DNA of 63,886 nt, counting the filler, from Octopus bimaculoides (lineage: Eukaryota): assembly GCF_001194135.2 (NCBI RefSeq). It is 7 parts of 7 records of this genome, joined end to end, with 100 filler letters (N's around TTAATTAATTAA, not from the genome) between each part and the next. Parts side by side here need not be neighbours in the genome. Positions count along the whole stretch, not along the records: positions 33,740 to 44,664 come from NC_069005.1; positions 44,765 to 60,066 come from NC_068986.1; 5 more parts are not named here. One strand, given 5' to 3'. The number at the start of each line of letters is the position of its first letter. The stretch's first letter is position 1. Under the pieces are notes generated by a model. The model was not told where the DNA came from. It did no database searches and saw only the letters and a list, made by a program, of their open reading frames with translations. Positions 38,248-50,381 of the stretch are shown piece after piece. The position numbers were made by a program, and so were the translations under genes.

Positions 38248-41200
38248 GTATGTATATATATATAATAAATGAGTATATGCATATATACGTACATACGTCT
38301 ACCTGTATATATAGATGCATATCTGGATACAGGACATTGTAAACAAAGCGTAGACAAAATGATATATATGTATGTATGTGTGTGTGTGCTTATGTGTGAA
38401 TATACATACGGATAACTAGCTAGATAGATTTGTACATGTATATGTGTTTACATATATACTCACTCGTTGATTGATAAGGAGGGAAAGAGAGAGAAATTTA
38501 AATAAGTTTGTGTGCTTTGGGACGTGACTTGAGTTCTAACGTTCTTTGCATCTACGGTCTTCTCTCCTCAATGTTGCTGGCACTCCGTCGTGAAATTAAC
38601 GTGCAAGTGGCTGAGCACTCCACAGACACGTGTACCCTTAACGTAGTTCTCGGGGATATTCAGTGTGACAAGGCTGACCGTTTGAATTACAGGCACAACA
38701 GAAACAGGAAGTAAGAGTGAGAGAAAGTTGTGGTGAAAATAGTACAGCTGGAGCTTCGTGGAGCTTTAAGTATTTTCGCTCAATAAACACTCACAACGCC
38801 CGGTCTGGGAATCGAANNNNNNNNNNNNNNNNNNNNNNNNNNNNNNNNNNNNNNNNNNNNNNNNNNNNNNNNNNNNNNNNNNNNNNNNNNNNNNNNNNNN
38901 NNNNNNNNNNNNNNNNNNNNNNNNNNNNNNNNNNNNNNNNNNNNNNNNNNNNNNNNNNNNNNNNNNNNNNNNNNNNNNNNNNNNNNNNNNNNNNNNNNNN
39001 NNNNNNNNNNNNNNNNNNNNNNNNNNNNNNNNNNNNNNNNNNNNNNNNNNNNNNNNNNNNNNNNNNNNNNNNNNNNNNNNNNNNNNNNNNNNNNNNNNNN
39101 NNNNNNNNNNNNNNNNNNNNNNNNNNNNNNNNNNNNNNNNNNNNNNNNNNNNNNNNNNNNNNNNNNNNNNNNNNNNNNNNNNNNNNNNNNNNNNNNNNNN
39201 NNNNNNNNNNNNNNNNNNNNNNNNNNNNNNNNNNNNNNNNNNNNNNNNNNNNNNNNNNNNNNNNNNNNNNNNNNNNNNNNNNNNNNNNNNNNNNNNNNNN
39301 NNNNNNNNNNNNNNNNNNNNNNNNNNNNNNNNNNNNNNNNNNNNNNNNNNNNNNNNNNNNNNNNNNNNNNNNNNNNNNNNNNNNNNNNNNNNNNNNNNNN
39401 NNNNNNNNNNNNNNNNNNNNNNNNNNNNNNNNNNNNNNNNNNNNNNNNNNNNNNNNNNNNNNNNNNNNNNNNNNNNNNNNNNNNNNNNNNNNNNNNNNNN
39501 NNNNNNNNNNNNNNNNNNNNNNNNNNNNNNNNNNNNNNNNNNNNNNNNNNNNNNNNNNNNNNNNNNNNNNNNNNNNNNNNNNNNNNNNNNNNNNNNNNNN
39601 NNNNNNNNNNNNNNNNNNNNNNNNNNNNNNNNNNNNNNNNNNNNNNNNNNNNNNNNNNNNNNNNNNNNNNNNNNNNNNNNNNNNNNNNNNNTTATTATAT
39701 GTGAATTAAAGTAATAAAGTTTTGTTTGCTGGAAACACTGGATCGCTCAAGACGAAACATTACATTTTTATATGCGTTAGAACTTATGAAATGTGATAGT
39801 TTTCCAATGACCTTGACCCCACCGCAACTTAGTTTTGAGCTAGGCAAGAAGCGGAGTTTGTTTCCTTTATTTGTATTATTTTCCTGTCCCCTCACACTCA
39901 TACAAACTATATTATCAAAGAAATAAATATACTACTCATTATTTTTGTTATACTCTATGTTATTAGAATAAATGTCACTTGATATGCTCTTGTAGTTTTT
40001 CCCGTTAAAGAAAATGTGACATTGTTCTATACTGCGAGTCCCGTCTTTTTTTTTTTAAAGTTTTAATGTGTTTAATCTATTGAATGAAAAGATTACCTTT
40101 AATAGAATTAGTCATTAGAATACTATAAAGGAAATCCTGTTGGGATGAATAAATTTAGAATTAGTCAACACATCAACTTTTTAGTTTCGTTTTCCGTAAA
40201 CATTAATTATATTTCAGTTTAGTAACTTAGGTGGTTATATCGATCATAGTAATTGTGACAGGTACTTTATATTAACGATCTCTGGGGGATGAAAGGCGAA
40301 GTCAACCCTGGTGAAAATCGAACTCAAAACATTAATGATACATAACGAAATCTCGAAAAGTACTTCACTCAAGGAGGTGGGGGTCAGAAAATTTGTGGGT
40401 TTTTAAAAAATATTTTAAATGAGTTCAGATCTTGAAGTTGTATTGCCTTCTTCCTTGTGGAAGTCGATAAAATAAAGCACCAGTCAGGAACGTGAAGCTT
40501 TGTACTTATATTAACATTCAATATTCTAAATGGTAAGGTCGTCCTTCTCATCAACACTCTTAAAAAAAAGAAACTCGTCGGGAGGGGCTCGGTCATTGCA
40601 CTGTAGCCACTTTGTGACACATACTCAAAAGGGTTTTTTAGTCAAACATATTCACCCTTGGTATTCTTTGACATTAAGGGGCACAACATTGTTTTTTTTT
40701 TTTTACTGCTAAAGACAAACACATGGGTTTCGAAGTCTCTATTCCTCTGTGCGTGCGTGTGTGTGTGTATATCGGTTAATGCTTCTATAATTTGATATTA
40801 CGTTAACAGAAATTTATTTACAGTTTCACTTCATCAAGTATCCATGTTTTGGGCACCCAAATTTACAATTAATTACTAATTGCACCGTTAATACTTAAAT
40901 GACTTGTATAATGTTGGACTAATTTATCAACGTGTTGGACTCAACAGATTTGAAACATCTTTTCGCGCAATTATTTCGTGAGTTTCAATTACGAGATGAA
41001 CTCGTTCTTATATCGTCAAGAGTTTTGAATGTTTTCTTTTTGTTCCCTATGGATTAATGTCCGTGAGGGGAAAAAACTGTCCTGTTGAGCGTAACTTGGA
41101 TTCGTTTGTTTGTTGTTCTACTTGTCATTTTGTCATTGGAATACCTTTATACGTAGTTCTGCTCGGTCAGGTCTAATTCAGGACTAAACAACATCGATGA

Positions 41201-41597
41201 TTAAGGATTGAAACATCCATGTCATAGGTCTGCTCAACTAGAGATGTCCCATAAAAAATACGTGAGATCTAGAGACTATGTATTGTGATTCTTACTCAGT
41301 TTGTGGCTGTGCCGTGAAGTCAGTGTGAGTGGAGGACCCATTGGTACAGAAAAGGGTGAACTATTAACAGATAACGTATGTGTGGCAGATGTTATCTGGG
41401 GTATGTCTGTGTCGGCATAACTACAGGGTTTTACCCCCTCTGTGTCTAGGGGTTACAAGATGGCAAGAGGTAAGATCTGAAATGAGGGAATCTTCAGATG
41501 ACAACCAAAGCAGAAGTTATTGTTGTTGTTTAAGGTCCAGACTAGCCTTGTTCAAAGGTGTGCTTCATTATACATGTGCAATGAATGATGGGTGTGA

Positions 41598-42418
41598 ATT
41601 AACCCTTTAGCATTAAAACCGACCATATCTAGCTAAAACATTCTACCTGTTTTTTGCTCAAACTGGTCAGGTTTGGCCTCTCATGCCTTATCCTCCAAGG
41701 CGGCGAGCTGGCAGAAACGTTAGCGAACTGGGCGAAATGCTTAGCGGTATTTCATCTGCCTTAAGCGGTATTTCATCGACTTAATACCTTTGTCTGTCCT
41801 TGTTTGTCCCCTCTGTGTTTAGCCCCTTGTGGGCAATAAAGAAATAAGAATCGTTAGCACGCCGGACAAAATGCTTAGCGGCATTTCGACCGTACTAATT
41901 TTTCTTTATTACTCATTTTACTAAAAAAAAAAAAANNNNNNNNNNNNNNNNNNNNNNNNNNNNNNNNNNNNNNNNNNNNNNNNNNNNNNNNNNNNNNNNN
42001 NNNNNNNNNNNNNNNNNNNNNNNNNNNNNNNNNNNNNNCAAGGCGGCGAGCTGGCAGAAACGTTAGCGAACTGGGCGAAATGCTTAGCGGTATTTCGTCT
42101 GCCGCTACGTTCTGAGTTCAAATTCCGCCGAGGTCGACTTTGCCTTTCATCCTTTCGGGGTCGATTAAATAAGTACCAGTTACGCATTGGGGTCGATGTA
42201 ATCGACTTAATCCCTTTGTCTGTCTTGGTTTGTCCCCTCTATGTTTAGCCTCTTGTGGGCAATAAATAAATAATACCTTATCCTTCAATGTCATTCTAAA
42301 ACTAAACAATCACATCATCGAAATCTTGGGGCTGTGAGATATTGTATGATTAATGCAAAACAATGTCAATAAACAAGCATTGCTTTTGGCAGGGTTATTT
42401 GAATGCCTGAAGGGTTAA
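41598..42418. mobile_element. TTAA-type non-autonomous element interrupted by a SINE
   Basis: Starts ttaaccctttagcatt and ends atgcctgaagggttaa. Related pieces at about 36663-36760 and 52240-52338 (inverted). Confidence 0.6.
42039..42273 (+). mobile_element. SINE family B (core gtcgactttgcctttcatcctttcggggtcgat, Meta-domain-like)
   Basis: Dispersed copies at about 4093-4280, 11958-12160, 17100-17230, 20262-20470, 20494-20710, 41699-41880, 43380-44010 (three in tandem) and 57619-57848 (-). Confidence 0.85.
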
Positions 42419-42718
42419 AGCATTCTTGCTGTTTTTTCCTTGGTGCTCAGATAACACTGGTAAACTATGGTACTTGCATGCCTGTTGCTAAGGGGGTGCA
42501 CTGGATGGCACTGCCCCCCTCACCATTCAATGGTGCACCCTCAAATTTATAGTGATGCACTTATTTCGAAACTCCTCTTTAGCATTATTACAAATTAGTG
42601 TCCACCCAGAAAATTCTTAAGCACCACCAGGCACCAAAGCCTGGTGTTGGGCCTGGCCACTCAGCTATAACATGGCATCAGAATGTGGTTATTGTTCAGC
42701 GTTTACTGTTACATGAGT

Positions 42719-43098
42719 GGAGGCGCAATGGCCCAGTGGTTAGGGCAGCGGACTCGCGGTCATAGGATCGTGGTTTCGATTTCCAGACCGGGTGTTGTGA
42801 GTGTTTATTGATCGAAAACACCTAAAGCTCCACGAGGCTCCGGTAGGGGATGGTGGCGAACCCTGCTGTACTCTTCCACCACAACTTTCTCTCACTCTTT
42901 CTTCCTGTTTCTGTTGTGCCTGTAATTCAAAGGGTCAGCCTTGTCACACTGTGTCACGCTGAATATCCCCGAGAACTACGTTAAGGGTACACGTGTCTGT
43001 GGAGTGTTCAGTCACTTGCACGTTAATTTCACGAGCAGGCTGTTCCGTTGATCGGATCAACTGGAACCCTCGACGTCGTAAGCGATGGAGTGCCAACA
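42719..43098 (+). mobile_element. tRNA-derived SINE family A, full-length copy
   Basis: Head with A box TGGCCCAGTGG and B box GGTTTCGATTTCC; about 380 bp. Other copies at 59606-59993 (-), 38574-38816 (-), 55471-55595 (+) and 47004-47060 (-). Confidence 0.85.
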
Positions 43099-44040
43099 CT
43101 GTTACATGTTATGTTTCTGTGCTTTTATCTTTCCTTCTTTTCTGGGTTCTTGCTAAATAAAGCTGTTTCCATGTTTAATTTATTTGACATGGACAGAAAA
43201 TATGGTGGAAACTTTTACCAGATATGTTGCTTGCATCATCAATTATTGAAGGCAGATTACTTAAAGAAGCTGGAAAGATTAGAATTTCCCAAATCTATAA
43301 AAGATTTGGTGCCAATTTATGTTGTCAAACCCGAAAGAAGAATGAAAAGCAATGTCAATTCTGATGCATACAGATCTGGAACAGCAGCATTTCATCTGTC
43401 TTTACGTTCTGAGTTCAAATCCCGCCACGCTTGACTTTGCCTTTCATCCTTTCGGGGTCAATGAAATAAGTACCAGTTGAACAATGGGGCTGATGTAACT
43501 GACTTATCCCCTCCCTCAGAATTGCTGGCCTTGTGCTAAAATTTGAAATTATTATTATTCTGGTTAAAGGCAACCACCTGTCAGAATCGTTAGCATACTG
43601 ACAAAATGCTTGACCGCATTTTGTCTGTCTTTATGGCCTGAGTTGAAATTTTGATGAGGTTGATTTTACCTTTCATCTATTCAGGGTTAATAAAATAAGT
43701 ACCAGTTGAATACTGGGGTCGATGTAATTGACTCATTCCCTCCCCCAAACTTGCTAGCCTTGTGCCTGAATTTGAAACTATTATTACACAGGTTTCTCCT
43801 CACTATGACTAATTTGTTTCCAAAGGTGGTGAGCTGGCAGAATCGTTAGCACGCTGAGCAAAATGCATAGTGGTATTTCGCCTGTCGCTATGTTCTGAGT
43901 TCAAATTCCGCCGAGGTCAATTTTGCCTTTCATCCTTTCGGGGTCGATGTAGTCAACTATCCCCCTCCCCCAAATTTCAGGCCCTTGTGTCTATAGTAGA
44001 AAGGGTTATTAATTTGTTTCTTTATATTTGTATCTTACAG

Positions 44041-44163
44041 TTGTTACTGGAAGCAGTGAGGGCATTGGGAAAGCCTATGCCCACGAACTGGCCAGTCGGG
44101 GAATGAATCTCATTCTGGTCAGTAAAGGTGACACGCTACTGAAGAAAACTGCTGAAAGTATAG
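44041..44163 (+). CDS. Internal exon of a short-chain dehydrogenase/reductase, HSD17B12/HSDL1-like
   Basis: Polypyrimidine tract and TTACAG acceptor at 44040; GTAAGT donor at 44164; 123 nt, phase 1/1. Translates (V)VTGSSEGIGKAYAHELASRGMNLILVSKGDTLLKKTAESI, with the TGxxxGIG Rossmann motif typical of the 17beta-HSD12/HSDL1 group. No other exons found. Confidence 0.88.
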
Positions 44164-44418
44164 GTAAGTCGAATGTGATTGTAGCTGGTTTCTCTTATGT
44201 ATGTATGGTTGAGTGATGGTGTTATTGTCGTTATTCCTGTTGGTCAACACTGATTGAATCCACCTATGATCAAAGCCACTCTGTCCATAACCATCCTTTT
44301 AATGGGTACACTCACAGACAGAATTCAGTGTTGCAAGAGGTTGACTCAACCAAAATGAAATATATTATTAATCTCTACTATGGTATTGAGTGTACTTTCA
44401 ACAGTCAACTAACAATTT

Positions 44419-44464
<46 letters not shown>

Positions 44465-44629
44465 ACGTGAGAGAGTTAGGGGTTGGGGGTACAACCCACT
44501 AAGGGATAGTATCTATCCAGTATACTGCTGGGAGGGTACCCAATTATTGCTATACTAGGTGCAATCAATGGGAGCGGGTAAAAGTGGAGGTTTTACCCAA
44601 AATTTGTGTAACAAATATATATATATATA

Positions 44630-44664
<35 letters not shown>

Positions 44665-45559
44665 NNNNNNNNNNNNNNNNNNNNNNNNNNNNNNNNNNNN
44701 NNNNNNNNTTAATTAATTAANNNNNNNNNNNNNNNNNNNNNNNNNNNNNNNNNNNNNNNNNNNNTATATATGTCCAAAATATAATTATTTTGTGGGAATA
44801 GTACAAGGTATTTCAGAAATACCTTGTACTATTCCACCAAAAGGATAAAAGTATAGCGCGTACACGCAAGTTGATTTGAGGCCAAAATATTAATCGGGTA
44901 GCGATATTATACAGAAGGTCAACAGTATATAGCAGTTGAGGTAACGATGTTATGCACTGGTTGCTTTTACGTATCTGCAGGAAATTAAGCAAATGTTTGT
45001 GGAATGAAAATTGAAGGAATTGGCATTAAGATATTAACAAGAATGAATTACATATAAACATTTTATTTATTTCCCAACACCAAAAGAAAAAAGACCGCTT
45101 CCGATCTAATTGGTAGACTAATGCAAACATAATTACATAATGCGTGATTAGTGAATACAAGCTTGAAATACGACAGAATTTATCATAGAATGTAACATCT
45201 TAAATTCCAACATCAATCAAGGCAAAGTTTACATAGACACGTTCCTGAGAATATACATAGACATTATTGTATTTTACAAAACCAATTAAATAATGTGTTG
45301 TAGAAAGTGCATACGTTCGTGTTTATAAAGTAAAAACGTTTACTGCAGATAATGGACAGTAACAGATAAAAAATGTTAGTGCTTTTAAACTGGTAGTTTT
45401 TAGGGTTTTTTTTGTTATGAAATGTGTATGTTTGTGGTATGTTGTTCTTTATGTTGTTCATATTATCCTGTATAACCATCTTTGTTTAATGTTTGAATAC
45501 GAATTTTATACTTATTGTGGAACGAAGGAAAACCCCATTACGTGCAGGAGCTAAAACCT

Positions 45560-45925
45560 GAAAATTGTGACCGTAGAAGTCCAGAACTCCAAGAAGTCTA
45601 GATCTCACTCCATGTGATTTTTACCTGTGGGGTAACACAAAAGAGGAAGTGTATAAGACAAAATCTCGCACATTGGAGGACATGGAGACACTGATTCAAG
45701 AGGTTCTCAATGATATCCCAGACGACGTCCTTCAGAAAGATTGTTCATTCCATCCCTGGCCGTTTGAGGATACTGGTTGACGCCACCGGTGCTTACGTTG
45801 AAATATGAAGAATTACTCTCACTTTCCCATGTAATAAAGAACATGCGTCGTTTGTTTCAATAAATTTGTGAAAAGAAAACGGATTTTATGACCAATTTTT
45901 AATGCCTATTTACTTTTCTCCCACC

Positions 45926-45930
<5 letters not shown>
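45560..45930 (+). mobile_element. Tc1/mariner transposase 3' remnant with right TIR
   Basis: PRSLDLTPCDFYLWGNTKEEVYKTKSRTLEDME matches the PxSPDLxPxDxxLWG motif. Ends ...ccaccctgta followed by TA. Confidence 0.8.
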
Positions 45931-45964
<34 letters not shown>

Positions 45965-45965
<1 letters not shown>

Positions 45966-46349
45966 TCTCTTTTTTTTCTTTTACTTGTTTCAGTCATTTG
46001 ACTGCGGCCATGCTGGAGCACCGCCTTTAGTCGAGCAAATCGACCCCAGGACTTATTCTTTGGAAGCCTAGTACTTATTCTATCGGTCTCTTTTGCCGAA
46101 CCGCTAAGTTACAAGGACGTAAACACACCAGCATCGGTTGTCAAGCGATGTTGGGGGGACAAACACAGACACACACACATATATATATATGACGGGCTTC
46201 TTTCAGTTTCCGTCTACCAAATCCACTCACAAGGCTTTGGTCGGCCCTAGGCTATAGTAGAAGACACTTGCCCAAGGTGCCACGCAGTGGGACTGAACCC
46301 AGAACCATGTGGTTGGTAAGCAAGCTACTTACGACACAGCCACTCCCGA
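45965..46349 (-). mobile_element. SINE family C full-length copy
   Basis: Reverse complement of 28668-29066. Confidence 0.85.
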
Positions 46350-47151
46350 CACACGTATGTATGTATATATGTGTGTGTGTGCGCTTGCGTTTTGTGGAGC
46401 AGTATATTACTGGATATGACATATGACTGGCCAGAATGTTATCAGTTTCGTGTCGACTATACGGACTGGAAGCGCACAACCTGTTTTATGAAACCCCCCC
46501 CCCAAAAAAAAAAACCAAAAAAAACCCCTAGTATTTTTGGGATGCTATCCTCTTAAACGGAAATTTGTTTTCGCAACGCGGTCATGTACATTTTTGAACC
46601 AGAGAATAACATACATACTCATGCACAGGTTTACACGCTTCACCCATTGCCAACAACAATCGATGGGAAATAACTCTTCTTTACTTCCCGGAAAAACCTA
46701 ATAATTTTTTTCACTGTATTACATTCCATTTTTGTTTATGAATACCGAGTCACTGAGATTCTATATACATAGTCCCAGCATAAAAAAAAGGTTATATGCT
46801 TCCGATCTGCATCACCCGGCCATGTACCCTCAAGCATACGCACACACACAGATACATACATACATTTGAATGAGTCTTTGTACTTGTGTTTGCTCACCCC
46901 GTTTCACAAACGGTATTGATTTGTGTGTCATCCCTGTAACTTAGCGCTTCGGCAAAACAGATCGATAGAATAAGTACCAGGCTTAAATAAGTACTAGGAA
47001 TCGAAACCGCGATCCTATAACCGCGAGTCCGCTGCCCTAACCACTGGGCCATTGCACCTCCACACACACACACATATATACGACAGACTTCTNNNNNNNN
47101 NNNNNNNNNNNNNNNNNNNNNNNNNNNNNNNNNNNNNNNNNNNNNNNNNNN

Positions 47152-47202
<51 letters not shown>

Positions 47203-47725
47203 CCCTTCTACCATCGCTTGACAGCCGATGTTGGTGTGTTTACGTCCTGTAACTTAGCGGTTTCACAAAAAAACGAAAAGAATAAGTACTAGGCTTACAA
47301 GAAATAACTCCTGGGGTCGATTTGTTCGACTAAAGGCGGTGCTCCAGCATGGCAGCAGTCAAATGACTGAAAGAAGTAAAAGAATAAAAGAATATATGTA
47401 CATAACGCATTCACAAACGTTGGTATTAATACGAAAAGTATTAACGAAATTTGTCTCATATGAACCAATTTTGATTTTCTTTCTATCATTCTGTGAATAT
47501 CCTTTAATTTACAAGTTGTGTTTATTTCTATCTATAAAAATTTAATTCTTTGAACAATTGTCGTTTTATAAGAATTCAATTTTGTTCCTTTTAATTTGAA
47601 ATAATAATTTATAATTCGCAGGAGATTAACGTGTGCTCGTGGTCTAAGGAAACCGCGTGTGTAAGACGAAAAGCCTCATCGACTAATTAAATGTGGCGCC
47701 TAATTACAAAGTTCCCGACCCAAAC

Positions 47726-47843
47726 ATGTCTTCTGCTGAAGGTGGACCCGCTTCTACCTCGTTGAAGTATTTCGATATTGATGATATTTTAGCATCTCAG
47801 GAATATATTCCGAGCAAAATAGAAATGACACTTTACCGATTAG
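47726..47843 (+). CDS. GINS3: GINS complex subunit 3 (PSF3), first coding exon
   Basis: ATG in caaacATG; MSSAEGGPASTSLKYFDIDDILASQEYIPSKIEMTLYRLG matches the PSF3 N-terminal YFxxDDILxxxE motif. Phase-1 GTAAC donor at 47844. Confidence 0.9.
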
Positions 47844-48445
47844 GTAACTTTATAAATTTTTATTTTCTTTGTTTATAGTGTTCGATCGTCTTGAATAAGT
47901 TGTTGCCGTTGTTGTTTAACCCTCGGTCGGTTTCCATTGAGCAGTGTTATGATCTAAGTTGTTAATAACTGTCCGTCACTATCCTGCCTCTCACCCTTTA
48001 AAGCATATTTTGTATACCAGAGACTGTTATATTGTCTTATGTATTCTTCGTTTTGTTTAAGTATGATTTAAGGGATATTTGACTGCTATTTCTAAAAGAC
48101 TAATAAACATAACCATGTAGAGGATCCCTTGAAGTAGTGTCGCTACTGTTATTATTTGATGTTCGCTTTTATCTCAGAGTTGATCATACAAACACACACA
48201 CACACATATAATCGACATGATGTGGAATTTGTTGCTTATTCTTTTTTCAGCTCTGATCGAACAAACCTATACCTAAGATTAAAAGCAGTCCAGACATGAC
48301 ATCCCGTCTTATAAATCAGGAGCAACGTAACCTTTCTCTTTTTAACACAGTGGCAGTATGCTTTGAAGGAGATTTGGTTGCTATTTTTAGTAGACTGAAC
48401 GACTACGTAGCAATACGGTTGTGGACGTATATATATAATATATAG

Positions 48446-48693
48446 GTAATCTTCAAGTTTAGGGGGATAAAATAAATAAATAAAAATATTCAAGGGAAAT
48501 AACTGAACGACTTACCAGTATTATCCGTTTTCTTCTAGCTGTTTATAAATAAATCACACCCTAACCCTAACGTCAATCAAATCACGTGTGTGATTTATTT
48601 ATAAACAGATGTACGGAGAATACTGGTAAGACGTTCAGTTACTTCCCTTGAATATTTTAATTTATTTTTTTATCCCCTAAACTTGAAGATTAC
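48446..48693. mobile_element. About 250-bp foldback element (palindromic MITE) between TA tracts
   Basis: Arms of about 110 bp, 48446-48560 and 48587-48693, are reverse complements with few mismatches (gtaatcttcaagtttagggg ... cccctaaacttgaagattac). Confidence 0.8.
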
Positions 48694-48733
48694 TTAATAT
48701 ATATATATAATATACATATATAATATATAATAT

Positions 48734-49330
48734 CATCATCATCATTATCATCATCATCGTTTAACGTCCGCCTTCCATGCTAGCATGGGTTGGACGATTT
48801 GACTGAGGACTGGCGAACCAGATTGGCTACACCAGGCTCCAATCTGATTTGGCAGAGTTTCTACAGCTGGATGCCTTTCTTTATGCCAACCACTCCGAGA
48901 GTGTAGTGGGTGCTTTTACGTGCCACCGGCACGAAGGCCAGTCAGGCGGTACTGGCAACGGCCAAGCTCAAAATGGTGTATTTTACGTGCTACCTGCACA
49001 GGAGCCAGTCCAGTGACACTGGCAACGACCTCGCGCGAATGTTTTTTCACGTGCCACAGGCACAAGTGCCAGTAATGCGATGCTGGTAACGATCACGCTC
49101 AANNNNNNNNNNNNNNNNNNNNNNNNNNNNNNNNNNNNNNNNNNNNNNNNNNNNNNNNNNNNNNNNNNNNNNNNNNNNNNNNNNNNNNNNNNNNNNNNNN
49201 NNNNNNNNNNNNNNNNNNNNNNNNNNNNNNNNNNNNNNNNNNNNNNNNNNNNNNNNNNNNNNNNNNNNNNNNNNNNNNNNNNNNNNNNGCTCGGACGGTG
49301 CTCTTAGCGCTCCACTGGTACAGGTGCCAT
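48734..49330 (-). mobile_element. Repeat family D ((CAT)n tail, internal gtgccaccggcac-type repeats)
   Basis: Block catcatcgtttaacgtccg..ttccatgct.gcatgggttggac recurs at about 30230, 31290-31440, 37000-37320, 51430-51600, 51940-52230, 54940 and 58680. Confidence 0.75.
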
Positions 49331-50210
49331 CACCATTTCGATTTCACTTGCCCCAACAGGTCTTCGCAAGCCGAGTTTAGTGTCCAATGAAGGAGAGGTT
49401 GGCATGGGTGCCAGTCGTCGAATTTGGTTCGATTTTGATTTCACTTGCTTCAACAGGTCTTTGCAAGCGGAGTTTAGTGTCCAGTGAAGGAAAGGTACGC
49501 ATAAGTGGGCTGGCTACACCCCTGACAGAGGCCTCAGATTATGGTCTCACATGGCTTGCCGAGTCTTCTCATGCACAGCATATTTCCAAAGGTCTCGGTC
49601 ACAAGTCTTTGCCTCAGTGAGGCCTTATTTTCGAAGGTTGTGCCTCACCACCTCATCTCAGGTCTTCCTGGGTCTACCTCTTCCACAGGTTCCCTCAACC
49701 ACTAGGGTGTGGCACTTTTTCACACAGCTATCCTCATCCATTCTATACTATTCTTTATACTATTAACTTAGTGTTAAATAGGATATCGGCTAACATTAAA
49801 TATCAAGTGAATTAATATAAAAATACATATTTTACCAATCAATGATAGAAAATCATTTAACAGTATTATTGAAAATAAAAGCAATACTTATCTCAACGAA
49901 GCTATAGTTTAAGCTCTGCTGGGGCACTGCCATAAAGAATTTTAGTCAAATGAATTGAGCCCAATTCTTATATTTTTTCAGTTTGGTACTTATCTATTCA
50001 GACTTTCACTGAATCACTAATTTATGGTCACACACACACACACACACACATAGGTGCAGCAGTGGCTGTGTGGTAAGTAGCTTGCTTACCAACCACATAG
50101 TTCCGAGTTCAGTCCCACTGCATGCCACCTCAGGTAGGTGTCTTCTACTGTAACTTCAGGCCGACCAAAGCCTTGTGAGTAGATTTGGTAGACAGAAACT
50201 GAGAGAAGCC

Positions 50211-50241
<31 letters not shown>

Positions 50242-50339
50242 CCGGAGTAAGCACATAAATGTGCAACCAGGTGGAAAAAGAGTACTCAAATACCAGAGGT
50301 AGAGTAATATGCTTTATTTAAAAGCAGCAGAAATATAAC

Positions 50340-50381
50340 AGTTGTCTGATGAATGGGAACGTGAAACTCTGAGTAACAGTT
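50340..50381 (+). ncRNA. Minimal type-I hammerhead ribozyme motif (Penelope/retrozyme type), core intact
   Basis: CTGATGA 50346-52; stem II ATG/CGT closing a GGAA loop; GAAAC 50363-67; quasi-palindromic stem III ACTC-T-GAGT; GTA triplet 50373-75; stem I AGTTGT/ACAGTT. Confidence 0.72.

Noticed and set aside
42719-42790. tRNA-like sequences (also 6740, 28668, 52336, 59930)
   Set aside because: A and B boxes are present, but there is no complete cloverleaf or T-run terminator, and they continue into SINE bodies.
43048-43434. 128-aa ORF upstream of the SDR exon
   Set aside because: Begins in a SINE A tail and ends in a SINE B copy; no SDR N-terminal features or matching phase-1 donor.
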